Assembly: GCA_951406725.2 (NCBI GenBank)
Contig: OX597815.1
Coordinates: 206,708,001-206,772,000, forward strand
DNA: 64,000 nt
DNA from: Octopus vulgaris
Lineage: Eukaryota
Direction: 5' to 3'
Shown here: piece after piece, positions 26,398-38,727 of the stretch
How the letters are laid out: each line of letters starts with the position of its first letter
Position numbering within the stretch: the first letter of the stretch is position 1
The notes under the pieces: model-generated
Told to the model about the DNA's origin: nothing
The model's database searches: none
What the model saw: the letters and a program-made list of their open reading frames with translations, nothing else
Position numbers and translations under genes: made by a program

Positions 26398-27249
26398 ATA
26401 CTTTGATACTTTGATAGGTTTCGGCCATTATTGGCCCAGGCCATGTCTAACTTAATAGCACCACCTGGTGAAGTCTTTCAAGTCAGAATTTGGGCACTAT
26501 GGCCCACTCAAGTAGAGAGTTATTGTTTACAGAGACATATCCGGGTGTAGGGGGTTTATCCGGGATTTCTTGAAGGAATCTGTCCAGAGACTTCTTGAAC
26601 CCTATAGGGTCAGTTTCTGTTTTAATGTGTTTTGGTGTAATGTTAAAGAGAGCGGGGCCAATTGAGGTGAAATAATTGTGCCGTATTGTTGTTATGAGAT
26701 GAGAGTGCGATTTTTGTTTTGGGCGGATGGCACGGGGCCCAAGCCTTGGATGTACCTTAAAGGTGATGCCAACATCATTTGGGCAATGCTGATGGAATAT
26801 TTTCCACATCATGCAGATGATGTAGCGCTCACGACGACGTTGGAGAGAATAAAGTTTTAGCTTTTCTAGTCGACCCCAATAGTCGAGGCCTGTCATGCCA
26901 TCTATCTTTTTTGTGATTGCCCTTTGAGGTGCTTCAACTTTTATGATACCTTGTATTGTGTGGGGAGACCACAGTGGACAACAGTATTCAAGGTGGGGTC
27001 GGGCAAAAGTGGAGAAGAGAAGGATAATGGTGTGGATATCTCTCGACTGGAAAGTTCTGAGAATCCAGGAACACATTCTGCGGGCCATGTCAACTTTGGT
27101 GTTTATATGAGTGGCCCAGCTTATATTGTTGTCCACAATTACTCCCAAGTCTCTGATGTTGTTGGACGCCGCGAGAGTTTCACCTGAAGGAAGGGAGTAT
27201 GGGAGTTTCAGGGCATCCTCTTTTCCAAAGTGGATTAACTCAAATTTAA

Positions 27250-27250
<1 letters not shown>
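26398..27250 (-). mobile_element. CR1-clade LINE, 5'-truncated (RT C-terminus, 3' UTR and tail)
   Basis: Uninterrupted ~255 codons (27250-26483): [63 protein letters not shown]; short 3' UTR ending (TATCAAAG)2. Confidence 0.9.
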
Positions 27251-27324
<74 letters not shown>

Positions 27325-27371
27325 TATATATATATATACATATATATATATACATATATATATACACATGC

Positions 27372-27432
<61 letters not shown>

Positions 27433-27608
27433 TGTGTGTGTGTGTATGTATACACACACTCACACATCGGCACACACACATACGTTTGTATACAGAACCG
27501 CAGGCAGATATACACACAGACATACTCACTTATAAAATACTAAATACGCACAGACGTACATAACGTATCATGTATAGCAACACATGCATACATACATACA
27601 TGCATACA

Positions 27609-27640
<32 letters not shown>

Positions 27641-28147
27641 GTCCTTGTCTAAAATATTCAAACCCTTTACGTCATAATGTGTTTTTACTCATTACTAGTT
27701 AAGAAAAGGCGTTTTTCGTCAGGGAAATTCAAAGTTAGTAATAACAGTAATCATACTGCTTATCTTTGAGTTTTCCTGTATGAAAAGTTAAATATCAAAG
27801 CTGCAATATGTCTGTGAACAATTATTCACATGCACCGGGGAAAAGATGCTTATCTCTCCGGAAAAAAACTTTCAGCCACCTACTTATATGCGTCAAGTTA
27901 ACTAAGTATATTTTGTCACGCTTACCGAACTAGCATTTTCATACATGTTTAACTTATATGATTAGCGTAGCACACAGACTTACATTGGCATATATATATA
28001 TATGCGCACATATGCATGTGATGGTGCTCTCAGACACACGTGTACTCATTTATGCATATTTTGCATTATATATGTGTGTGTGTGTGTATGTGCCTGTGTG
28101 CGCCTTCGTATATACATACATACATACATACATATATATATATATAC

Positions 28148-28200
<53 letters not shown>

Positions 28201-28220
28201 CATACATATATATTACATAC

Positions 28221-28858
28221 ATATAAGAGTGTTGACCACTACGTGGCCATCTGTATGCTAGAAGTAGATCCGCTATAGGTTTACCACTAAGAAACAAATG
28301 TTCTCAAGAAAATTTTATCAAACACCTGAACGTAAGCGAGCAAGACAAATGAAAAACAAAATATAGATTAATCACAAACTAGTTTCGCTATTACCACTTA
28401 CGTAATTAATTATGTAATTGTCCGTAGCTCGTCAGTGTGATCGTCTTTGCAAATATAATTTGCAAACCTTAATATGAGACGTCTGCATGAGATTGAACAT
28501 GTATACACTTCTCCCAATTATACTTAGGGTTTTCTTTCAAAAGTCCTCGTTTTGGCGCGCTAAAATACTGGAAATAATTTTGCATAAAATAAATTTCTAC
28601 AGTGAATTTTGCCGGTTAGAGAACATAGTTATTTAGATTTAAATTTAAAATAATAAGGGTGAAAAATTGAATATAAATTTTATTAATATCAATTTAAAAC
28701 CAGTGGTCTAGCATATTAAAATCTGAAGATACAGAAATATTATATTCCATGCATATAAGAGGGATGACCACTACGTGGACATCCATATGCTAGAAGTAGA
28801 TCCGTTACGGTCTTACCACTAAGACAGGAATGTTCTCAAGAAAATTTTAGCAAACGCC
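28221..28858 (-). mobile_element. Retrozyme-like non-coding element: ~532-bp unit with 106-bp terminal direct repeat and a hammerhead
   Basis: 28221-28326 and 28753-28858 are direct repeats (15 mismatches by eye); hammerhead at 28371-28441; no ORF; microsatellite flanks. Confidence 0.7.
28371..28441 (-). ncRNA. Type-I hammerhead ribozyme, canonical core
   Basis: ATCACA-CTGACGA-GCTA(34-nt AT-rich self-pairing loop)TAGC-GAAA-C(TA)G-TT-TGTGAT: perfect 6-bp stem I, palindromic stem III ACTAGT, GUU triplet, predicted cut between 28377 and 28376. Confidence 0.82.
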
Positions 28859-28913
28859 AGACACAGAAACACGCACAGACAAACTGCCGTTTATATATAG
28901 AGAGATATATGTA

Positions 28914-28967
<54 letters not shown>

Positions 28968-29113
28968 ATTTGCATCGCAGAAGTTTTGACACTTTTGAGG
29001 AGAGGCAGTTATAACTCTTCTACATTATTTAAATTTTAGACTATCGTTACTATACCTCTTATAAGATGACACCAAAAAGGCCAGCCAAAGCAAGTCCACC
29101 GAGAACTCTTCAA

Positions 29114-29114
<1 letters not shown>

Positions 29115-29144
<30 letters not shown>

Positions 29145-29200
29145 CTTCTTCTTCTTCTTCTTCTTCTTCTTCTTCTTCTTCGTCGTCGTCGTCGTCGTCG
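29115..29200. repeat. (TTC)n-(GTC)n microsatellite
   Basis: Direct reading. Confidence 0.95.
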
Positions 29201-30182
29201 CCGTATGTTCCGCCTTACTCTTACTCCTTTATATTTCTCTTGTGTTTCCTTTTTGTTCTGAATATGTTTAGGACACTAAAAAGCCACTCTAACATTTACA
29301 CACGTGGTCTTCTAGGAACGAAAGTTAAAAATTAAAAAAAACAAAACAAAACAAAAGGGAACTCAGCGGACAATGACTGACTGTATATGTACAAATAATA
29401 TGATGCTACCTTTTCTCGGTATCTCCCAGTACTTTCTATGTCTTCTTTGGTTTTGCTTCCTCTTTATATAAATTTCCGCTTAACCGTAATCTTTTGTACC
29501 ACTTTAAAAGGACTTCTGAACACCTATACAAATAGACGTCTAAAAGGAACCTGAACACTCTATACAATATTTACAATGACAGTCTGTATGTCAGCAAAAA
29601 TTATGTAACCTAATTGCTTTATATCTTACTATTTTATACTTCATCAATTTATCAAATCCCTTACATTACATGCTTTTAACCACTTTCTTCTAAAGAAAAT
29701 TAACAGTACACCCAATCGTCATTCACGAGTGAGTATGGTTTGGTAATACAAAAAATGCTTTCGACATTTTGGATTCCAGATGTTTTTTTTTAACTCTTTG
29801 GAACACATGAAGCTATCATAGCTTAATGCGTGCTTCGAGATCCACTTTTCCAAAGAAAAAAAAAATCACGTCCTCTCGAAAGTTTATAAAATTCTCATTA
29901 CGTCAACTGTCTGTCTATCTACCCACCTGCTTGCTTGTTTGTCTGCCTGTCCCTTTTGAAAATCTAATACAGGGAAGAAATGAAAGATTTCTGTCAACTT
30001 AAGACGACCTTGTTCTCAAAAAAACATACAAGTTCAACTAATTATAGTTTTAAAAAACTGTGGCAGAGAAGAATGAAGTAGGTTTCAAATGGCTCATAGT
30101 TGTACAATACGAATGTACATTTTATTTTTACTCTCATCATGAATCAATACAAATATGTCTTAAATGTTTTACAACTTCCTAT

Positions 30183-30345
30183 AGGCGTAGGAGTGACTGT
30201 GTCGTAAGTAGCTTGCTTACCATCTGCATAGTTCCGGGTTAAGTCTTACTGCGTGGCACCTTGGATAAGTGTCTTCTACTATGGCCTCGGGTCGACCAAT
30301 GCCTTGTGAGAGGATTTGGTAGACGGAAACTGAAAGAAGCCAGTC

Positions 30346-30425
<80 letters not shown>

Positions 30426-30643
30426 ACGTTTGTGTGTCTGTGTTTGTCGCCCCACCAACATCGCTTGACAACTGATGGTGGTGTGTTTACGTCCCCGTAA
30501 ACTAGCGGTTCGGCAAAAGACCGATAGAATGATTACTAGGCTTACAAAAAAATAAGTCCTGGGGTCGATTTGCTTGACTAAAGACGGTGTTCCAGCATGG
30601 CCACTGTCAAATGACTGAAACAAGTAAAAGAGTAAAAGAGAGT
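30183..30643 (+). mobile_element. SINE family 1, full length
   Basis: Colinear with 35034-35473; internal (TA)n(TG)n. Confidence 0.92.
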
Positions 30644-31486
30644 AACTTTCATTTCATGTTATAGTGAATGGATGCTTGTAGAATTTTGCATGTTAATCTT
30701 GCGCCTGGTTGAATTAAAACATTGAAATACTACTTATGGTGCTTAAATTTATGATAATAATCTCCACAGGATAACTTTTTGTATGTATAAATGAATCCTC
30801 ATATCAATTACTAAATATCGACCAAACTATATATTTTATCGTGTTTCTTCAAACTTCCATTATTTTCAACTCACTATTTAAGTACTTCAAGGAAAAACTT
30901 TTGCTGTAACTCAAGTTAATTTTATGGATAGACTGTATTTTTCAGACTTTTGTGCAAAGAGAAGAAACAAATTTGTGAGGTTCATGCGTATTCCAAGATG
31001 TAGTACATAGTTTGAAAATAAAATAAAAATAATCCGTCGCTGGATTCAAGTTTCTATTTTGAAAAGAAATTTAATTAAAATTCTCTTCCCTCATTAAAAA
31101 TGCGTTGATAACATTTTCTCTAAATGTTTTATGAGCCAGTCATCTTTATGCAATTTGTTGCAAAGTATAAAAAAAACCTTGTTGACATGGCAGCATTGAT
31201 AATGTGGCCGTGAGGTTAACATGGTTGTGAAAATAATATTGCTAATATGGATAGTATGACTGTTGGCATGCCTACAGTGATAAACTAACTGCGATAAGAT
31301 GCTAGAACCGATAAACTGATTGCTACCACTGGCTGTGTGCGTTTCTACACGGATTGTATGATTAAGCTACTGATTTGCATCATAAAGCTGTGCAAATATT
31401 AAAGATGTATAAATTATTTGTTTCTGACTGTAATGTCGATACGCAAAGAATCTTGAGTTGTTGCATTTTGAATAGGGTCAATCCTA

Positions 31487-31566
<80 letters not shown>

Positions 31567-31575
31567 CTCTATCTA

Positions 31576-32014
31576 TCTATATATATATATATATATATAT
31601 GTATAAAGCTGAAGTTGTGTGTGTGTGTGTGTATGGCAGGTTTGGTAGCCTTCAACTAACACTATCTCCTCCGAGACCCTGCGGCGCAGGTTGACCAATA
31701 TTGAGAGTATGATAGAAGAAGGCTTGCTCTTCATTCCGTAGAAGAAAAAAATTCAAATCGGACCATGTTAACACCAAAAATTATTTAAATCAAAATGTGC
31801 TTTTTTTTTTAATGAAAATCCTTATTTTTTACGATTTTTTGATTGCTGTGTTGCCATTTTTCGTGTTGCCATTTTTCGGTGTATTTCAACCAGAAAAATG
31901 TTCACTTAAAGAGAATAACAAGCTACATAATGCAAATTTTTTACTTTTCAAACATTCCAATTCTAAAGGATCAAAAAGAAAACAAACCCGAGCAATGCCG
32001 GGCTATGCTGCTAG
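31576..32014 (+). mobile_element. Non-autonomous Helitron (second subfamily)
   Basis: TCTATATATA.. start, CCCGAGCAATGCCGGG hairpin, CTAG followed by T; colinear with 48318-48710. Confidence 0.85.
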
Positions 32015-34029
32015 TTGAGCATAACTTTGATAAAACAGCGTTCAAGTTGTAAGTTTCTAATATCTTCTATAAAGTATAGTATATCTATCACTATGGATAC
32101 ACACAATCTTCTATTTTAAACGCAGCAGAGTGTGTTTTGAGAGGTATTTAGTTATTATTTCTTGCAATCGGATAGAAGCACTCTCATTAGCACTAAATAC
32201 AAACTCTGTACGATACTGCCGTGAGTGTGCATTATAAATATTTCATATTGTGCGCTTACCATTTATCGCTTCCAGTGCCGCGAGCGTACACGTCGGCGAC
32301 CGTGAAGCCTCAAGTGAAGACTAAAAAATTCATGACTTTTCTTGGAGAACATAAAACAGTGATTTCTCGTTACCTTCAACACATTTATTTACAGTCTACT
32401 CCTGAACTTTGAGGCCGAAGGACTATTTAACTATCAGGTAGGGATACCAGTCCCCGTGATTTAGAGCATGTGCCACACATTGGTGGGCCTGTGTGGCACA
32501 TGTCTAAGAGTTAGCTCCCTTCTGATTCTTGTATGTCTTAGATGCAGATCCTTCTCATAACTGGGGGCCTTTACCGTTATGTGACCTCGGGTCAGAGCGA
32601 AATCTGAAAGTAGTAGTGACTAATGTGGGGCAACTCCATACTTTGTAGAACTCCTGAACTCCCGAAACGAGATGCAGTGAAATATTTATGTTTAACTTGA
32701 GCAAAGCATTTACACTTTGTCGTTTGTCAACTTGACTAGATACTCTATGCAGATACAACTCAAGGATTGTACAGTTATAAAGAAATTCAGTTTTAACTGG
32801 ATTTATGTGCTATATTTTTCAGCTTAAACTCCATACTTCTTCTGTTACGTGTTGAACCAGACGGTTAGTAAATTTTCGTCGCACGTAAATAACAATTATA
32901 TGAAGTATGTTTGCTTTAGTTGAGTATGCAGATAAGATAGTATTTACAGAGAGAGATAAAATGATAAGACAACTTGCTCAAGTAGGTTCTCTGTATGCAA
33001 CTCAATGTTCTGAATGAAATAATTACCAAATAACCTTATATTTGTGTTAAGTGGTGAACCGTTTTACTAGTGGGTTTTCCGACTCTGAAGAAGTATCGTA
33101 CCATAATCCTTTCATTGTGTTCTTGGTATAAAATCTGATATTAGACTCTCAGCTATATTTATAGCTCAGCTGTTAACATTATTATAATAATTTGACCAAG
33201 TAAAGAATTAAACGTTAAGGAATAAAAGTGTATACTGATAAAAAGTAAAAAAAAACGAACACTTCTATGTTGCAACAGTGTGTCTGTCATTGTCTATGGA
33301 AGACAGTAGAAGCCTATATGCTATAATTTTATAATTGAAAATCAACAGAAAACAGAGACAATAATATTTAGGGAAACATATAATATTCATGTGGTTTTGT
33401 TTTAGTTAATTGCTATGATTGAAGTTAGTTATGTTTAAAACCTACAAAAAGAAAAAAATATTTAGAACAGAGGAATGAGGATTAAGTATATGTAACTGTA
33501 AACACTTAATTGACTTAATTCATACTGGTGTGATGTTATGACACATATAGACATATCTCAAACATACTTTTATATAGACACAGACTGCACCGGGTAACAT
33601 TTTCGAAAAAAATGTCTTTGTTGTCTTGCATTTTACAATTAGTCCTACCTAATTCGATGTGCTTAGGTTTAGAAATACCCTAATAAATTTTATTAGGGTA
33701 TTTATGTCAAAGAGGAATTCCTTTTAGTTACCAAAAATGTCAATTTTGCCATTAAATGCCATACTGAAATAAGAAACTAACACAAACCAAAATAGTACAT
33801 TTTATTGCTTAACAAATTGACCGACATCGGTTAATTATTTTTTAATACAAAACATAACATAACATTTCTTACGGCCGTTTCGGCTGCCAATGCCAGTCGG
33901 TGCTTATTTTCTTCTTTATTTTCTTCTTTCTTTACGTCTACCCCTTTAACGGTCTAAATGGAGTTTCAGCCACTAAAGGAATGAACTTTCTCTTGTTACC
34001 TGGCGTGAATAACTTGCATCACGATAATC

Positions 34030-34460
34030 CCTTTACAGACACCAGCAGTACTCAGCCATGTTTGCGACCCACCTGTCTTGATACTTAGCTTTCATAGTCC
34101 CGCTGTCTTGGCGGAATCCTTCTCCTTGCTCATCACTTATTGCACTATGGTGTTCAGGAAAGTAGTCAAGATGGCTGTGCAGGAAATACGTTTTTACAGT
34201 CATGTTGTAACCCAACGATCGAAAACTGGTTAACAGTGCCAGCACAAGTTCTTCATGATTCGATGTCTGCCAGTTTCCCAAGAAATCAAGCATAACTGAA
34301 CCGAAAGCATTTCCATGCTTCTTTTTAAACGTCATACATGGTCTCCAAAAACTGATCGTCCTGCAATAGCAACTTAGTCTGTGTCAAATACTCCAGCCTT
34401 AATTTTCTCAAAAGACAAGCAGGAAACTTCCTTTATAAGTATTTAAAGCAGTCACTGTCC
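34030..34460 (-). pseudogene. Chapaev3 (CMC superfamily)-like transposase relic
   Basis: FKYL*RKFP/EKIKAGVFD...FLGN...LGYNMTVKTYFLHSHLDYFPEHHSAISDEQGEGFRQD...YQDRW...AEYCWCL; family assignment from remembered motif; possible ends CACCGGGTAACAT (33588) and ATGTTCCTTAGTG (35887). Confidence 0.7.
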
Positions 34461-35033
34461 CAGTGCTGCACGTGTTTTAAGCACTATATGGGATGTCCAG
34501 GCTTTGTCTTGATCACCCAAATTAATTCCAAAGTAAGTAAGGTAACGCTTTCTTCACAGAATCTGTGGTCTTGCTTCACAGTCTACCTAAATTGTAACAT
34601 CTACAAATATAGCAGAAGACATCGGAAGTGTTTTTGCATTTTCTTCTCTCATAACTGGCCCTATTTCTCAAAAGACAAAATATATTCAAGCCAGTTGTCA
34701 CCTGCGAAAAACCTTTTCCGAATTATCAACAGTTATAAGGTAAGCAAATGCAGATTTGTGGTGACAAAGTGTCCATAAAGTGGATTTTTTTCTTGAGTTC
34801 TTTGACCATGCTTCTCAAAGAGTAACCAAGACCATGTGACCGCACAATTAAAACATTAAATGAGAATTCACAATACTAGTTTTCATTAGAAATAGTTAAA
34901 GTTTCAACAAAATAAGTATCACCTGGTTTGCAATGATAGTCATACTAAATCAAGTACAGTATGTGCATATTTGCAGACAAATTCCATAAATATGAACAAG
35001 TATGAACACAAATATGAACACAAATATGAACAT

Positions 35034-35205
35034 AGGCGCAGGAGTGGCTGTGTGGTAAGTAGCTTGCTTACCAACCACATGGTTCTGGGTTCAGTCCCAC
35101 TGCGTGGCACCTTGGGCAATTGTCTTCTACTATAGCCTCGGGCCGACCAAAGCCTTGTGAGTGGATTTGGTAGACGGAAACTGAAAGAAGCCTGTCGTAT
35201 ATATG

Positions 35206-35256
<51 letters not shown>

Positions 35257-35473
35257 ATGTGTCTGTCTTTGTCCCCCTAGCATTGCTTGACAACCGATGC
35301 TGGTGTGTTTACGTCCCCGTTACTTAGCGGTTCGGCAAAAGAGACCGATTGAATAAGTACTGGGCTTACAAAAGAATAAATCCCAGGGTCGAGTTGCTCG
35401 ATTAAAGGCGGTGCTCCAACATGGCCGCATTCAAATGACTGAAACAAGTAAAAGAGTAAAAGAGTAAAAGAGT
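35034..35473 (+). mobile_element. SINE family 1, full length
   Basis: A/B-box head, CORE-like segment, internal (TA)n, (GTAAAAGA)3 tail. Confidence 0.93.
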
Positions 35474-36032
35474 AAGTATGATGTCAAGGAGTACGGAAAA
35501 GTGTTGTTTATTAACATCTCATTGTATAAAGGACATTTCTGTCATTATCATACCATTTAAAACTGGTTAGATTGAAAATAGTGGAAGTTGCTCAGGTTTG
35601 ATGCTTTATATTCACTGAAGATACTTAGATCTTGCCTTTCATTTTCACTTTTGTAGTTACATTTACTTTAAATGATATGAAAATCTATATTTTCAAAGTG
35701 ATGTCAGGCTCCAGACATGGGCCGGTATTTTGACGAAATCAAATCCATCCTTAGACATGGTTACAATTGTGGTGGAAATGTTGAAAAATGAATATTTGAA
35801 GTTTTCTGAAAAATCTTGAGATGATAGAAGAAAATGGATTTCATTTCTGAAATCAGCACCAAGCAACAAAAACCATGTTCCTTAGTGGTATCATTAAAAA
35901 GAAAAAAAAAAAAGGGTATACACTCTCATGTACACTTATATCTATAGATGTATGCCCAAATATGCATTCATACACACACACACACATCTATAGTATTTAT
36001 AGCATACATAGAAACAGATGCACATATATAAA

Positions 36033-36074
<42 letters not shown>

Positions 36075-36082
36075 CCTATCTA

Positions 36083-36158
<76 letters not shown>

Positions 36159-36385
36159 CGTTAAATATCAAATATTATTATCGAGTTAGAAAACAGGAGA
36201 TCTAATGGATAAATTAATTTGTATCCATTAGCTCTCTCTGTTATCTAACTAGATATCAATATTTGATAATATTTTACGATGTTTTATATATATTCATTGA
36301 AGAAATATGTGTTCAAAGTATATATTAAACCAGTGTATCATAGATAAAAATAACTTTATGGAGGTTTAAATGTCCTCATTGTGAC

Positions 36386-36455
<70 letters not shown>

Positions 36456-36559
36456 GAGAGAGAGAGAGAGAGAGATTTTTTGGAAGGGGGATTGTATTAA
36501 GAGAATTTAATGTCTCTAATTAGATTGATCATATCCGCTGATCAATCTAATTAGAAACA

Positions 36560-36650
<91 letters not shown>

Positions 36651-36705
36651 ATTTAATGTCTCTAATTAGATTGATCATATATGATCAATCTAATTAGAAA
36701 CATTA

Positions 36706-36811
<106 letters not shown>

Positions 36812-36879
36812 ATATGTGTGTGTGTGTATAATAAAAATGTCAGGCCTTTTGCGATACCCTTAAAGTCAGGAATACTTGC

Positions 36880-37457
36880 ATACATATATACATACATAAT
36901 ACATACATACATACATACATACATACATACATACATACATACATACATACATACATACATACATACATACATAATACATACATACATACATACATACATA
37001 CATACATACATACATACATACATACATACATACATAATACATACATACATACATACATACATACATACATACATACATACATACATACATACATACATAC
37101 ATACATACATACATACATACATACATACATACAAACATACATACATACATACATACATACATACATACATACAAACATACATACATACATACATACATAC
37201 ATACATACATACATACATACATACATACAAACATACATGCATACATACATACATACATACATACATACATACATACAAACATACATACATACATACATAC
37301 ATACATACATACATACATACATACAAACATACATACATACATACATACATACATACATACATACATACAAACATACATACATACACACATACATACATAC
37401 ATACATACATACATACATACATACATACATACATACATACATACATACATACATACA

Positions 37458-37487
<30 letters not shown>
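36880..37487. repeat. ~600-bp (CATA)n microsatellite
   Basis: Direct reading, with periodic CAAA/ATAAT variants. Confidence 0.97.
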
Positions 37488-37489
<2 letters not shown>

Positions 37490-37490
<1 letters not shown>

Positions 37491-37955
37491 CTAGAGTTGT
37501 GGAAATTAGCTGCTCAGCGGATGTTAACATAAAGCTGAAGATTAGGTAAAAGAAGAATTCGCTGAACTATTGAGAAATCTGTAGTTAGTCTATCCCGATT
37601 ACAAGTTCAGGTTTCCACCTGTGATCATTGGGGCCCTGGGCTATATCTAAATACCAATCTTGAGAAATTAGGCTTCTCAAAACCGGAAGTTTATCATTTA
37701 AATATAATGGGCATGTCTAGATATGCAGCTATATGCATGAGAATACATACATAAAACAAAACGTACATATGTGCCCATATACATACATACAAACCTGCAC
37801 ATATACATACATTCATACATGCATACATACATGGATGCATACATTCATGCATACAAAAAGTACCCTGATGTTGATGTTGAAATTGCAATGAAGGAGCCTT
37901 GGATCTGGGTTAGAAAGCAGCTCTTCTCTATTGGAAAGAAATCTTGAAATGATGA
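37490..37955 (+). mobile_element. R4/Dong-like RLE non-LTR retrotransposon 3' fragment
   Basis: VVEISCSADVNIKLKI...YPDYKFRFPPVIIGALG: restriction-like endonuclease C-terminus plus 3' UTR; homologous to 39192-39770; CATA repeats on both sides. Confidence 0.75.
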
Positions 37956-37964
37956 CATACATAC

Positions 37965-38441
37965 AGACAAGAAGATTTTTTTTAAAGTGAGGAAAGGCTG
38001 TGCACTGAGTCAATCCCACTCACTAAACAACAGCAGCCATAATCCGAAAAGAAGAACAAGTCAACATCATCGGTAACCACTGAGCCGCAGATTTTATGTC
38101 GGAGTTATCCCAGTTACCTGAGTTACCTTCTCCCATAAGGATACCCTAACAAAGGCTAGGAGTCCTTCACTCCCAATGGTTTAACCGCACGATTGGGTAT
38201 TCAGTCCGATTATTTCTATGTCCCCACGCTTGATACATCCTTAAGACATTTATTGGATGGCCGTTGACTCTCAAGTGTTCCTCCACCCTTTGACGGGTTT
38301 TGTTTTTCATCCCGCAAGGTGTCCAGTAAGCACCCTCCTCACCAAGCAAGCTTGGTGGGGTTGCCAGTTTAGTCGCCGTCGACCCGACCATGCAACAGGT
38401 TGTACTGGGTTACATGTTACCAGTAGCACTCGAAAGTGACC
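37965..38441 (-). mobile_element. RTE-type LINE 5' UTR fragment
   Basis: GC-rich structured leader with an RTE-like GGGTATCCTTATGGGAGAAGGTAACTC segment; begins at a candidate HDV-like fold; no ORF retained. Confidence 0.55.
38364..38441 (-). ncRNA. Candidate HDV-like self-cleaving ribozyme
   Basis: P1 GGTCAC/ATGGTC, P2 CCAGT/ACTGG, P3 ACA/TGC with L3 ACCTGT, P1.1 CC/GG, P4 TCG/CGA, J4/2 CTAA; two helix mismatches in this copy. Confidence 0.5.
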
Positions 38442-38539
38442 TGGCACATAAATATATACATACATACATACGTACATACATACATACGTACATAAATAGA
38501 TACATACATACATACACATTTCACTTCAATCATGTAACC

Positions 38540-38727
38540 ACACTCGTGCTTTTCTTGGACTAGTTTTTTCCCTTCTATCCGGACGTTTCTACTTTCTGAC
38601 GAAGAGCCATGCTTGAGATGTTATACACCAACACTTTTTCATTTCACACTGAGCGTCACCCTAATACGTTCCATCTGTACATCTTTTTGATTGTTGTTGT
38701 TTTGTAATTTTCGACTTTCGATTGACA
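38540..38727 (+). mobile_element. Family A PLE-type element, decayed hammerhead (~38593-38625)
   Basis: TTT-CTGACGA-A-GAGC(CAT)GCTT-GAGATGTT, followed by the family's CTGAGCGTCA...TTTTGTAATTTT tail. Confidence 0.5.

Noticed and set aside
27251-27529. N-terminal 93 aa of the 348-aa ORF 26483-27529
   Set aside because: Microsatellite read-through fused by chance to the truncated CR1 frame; not a real start.
32546-32606. Possible HDV-like fold (CAGAT...GCGAA-ATCTG)
   Set aside because: L3 too long, no P1.1 GG and no convincing P1.
32843-33277. Possible solo LTR (TGTTAC...GCAACA with AATAAA)
   Set aside because: No target-site duplication and no second copy in the window.
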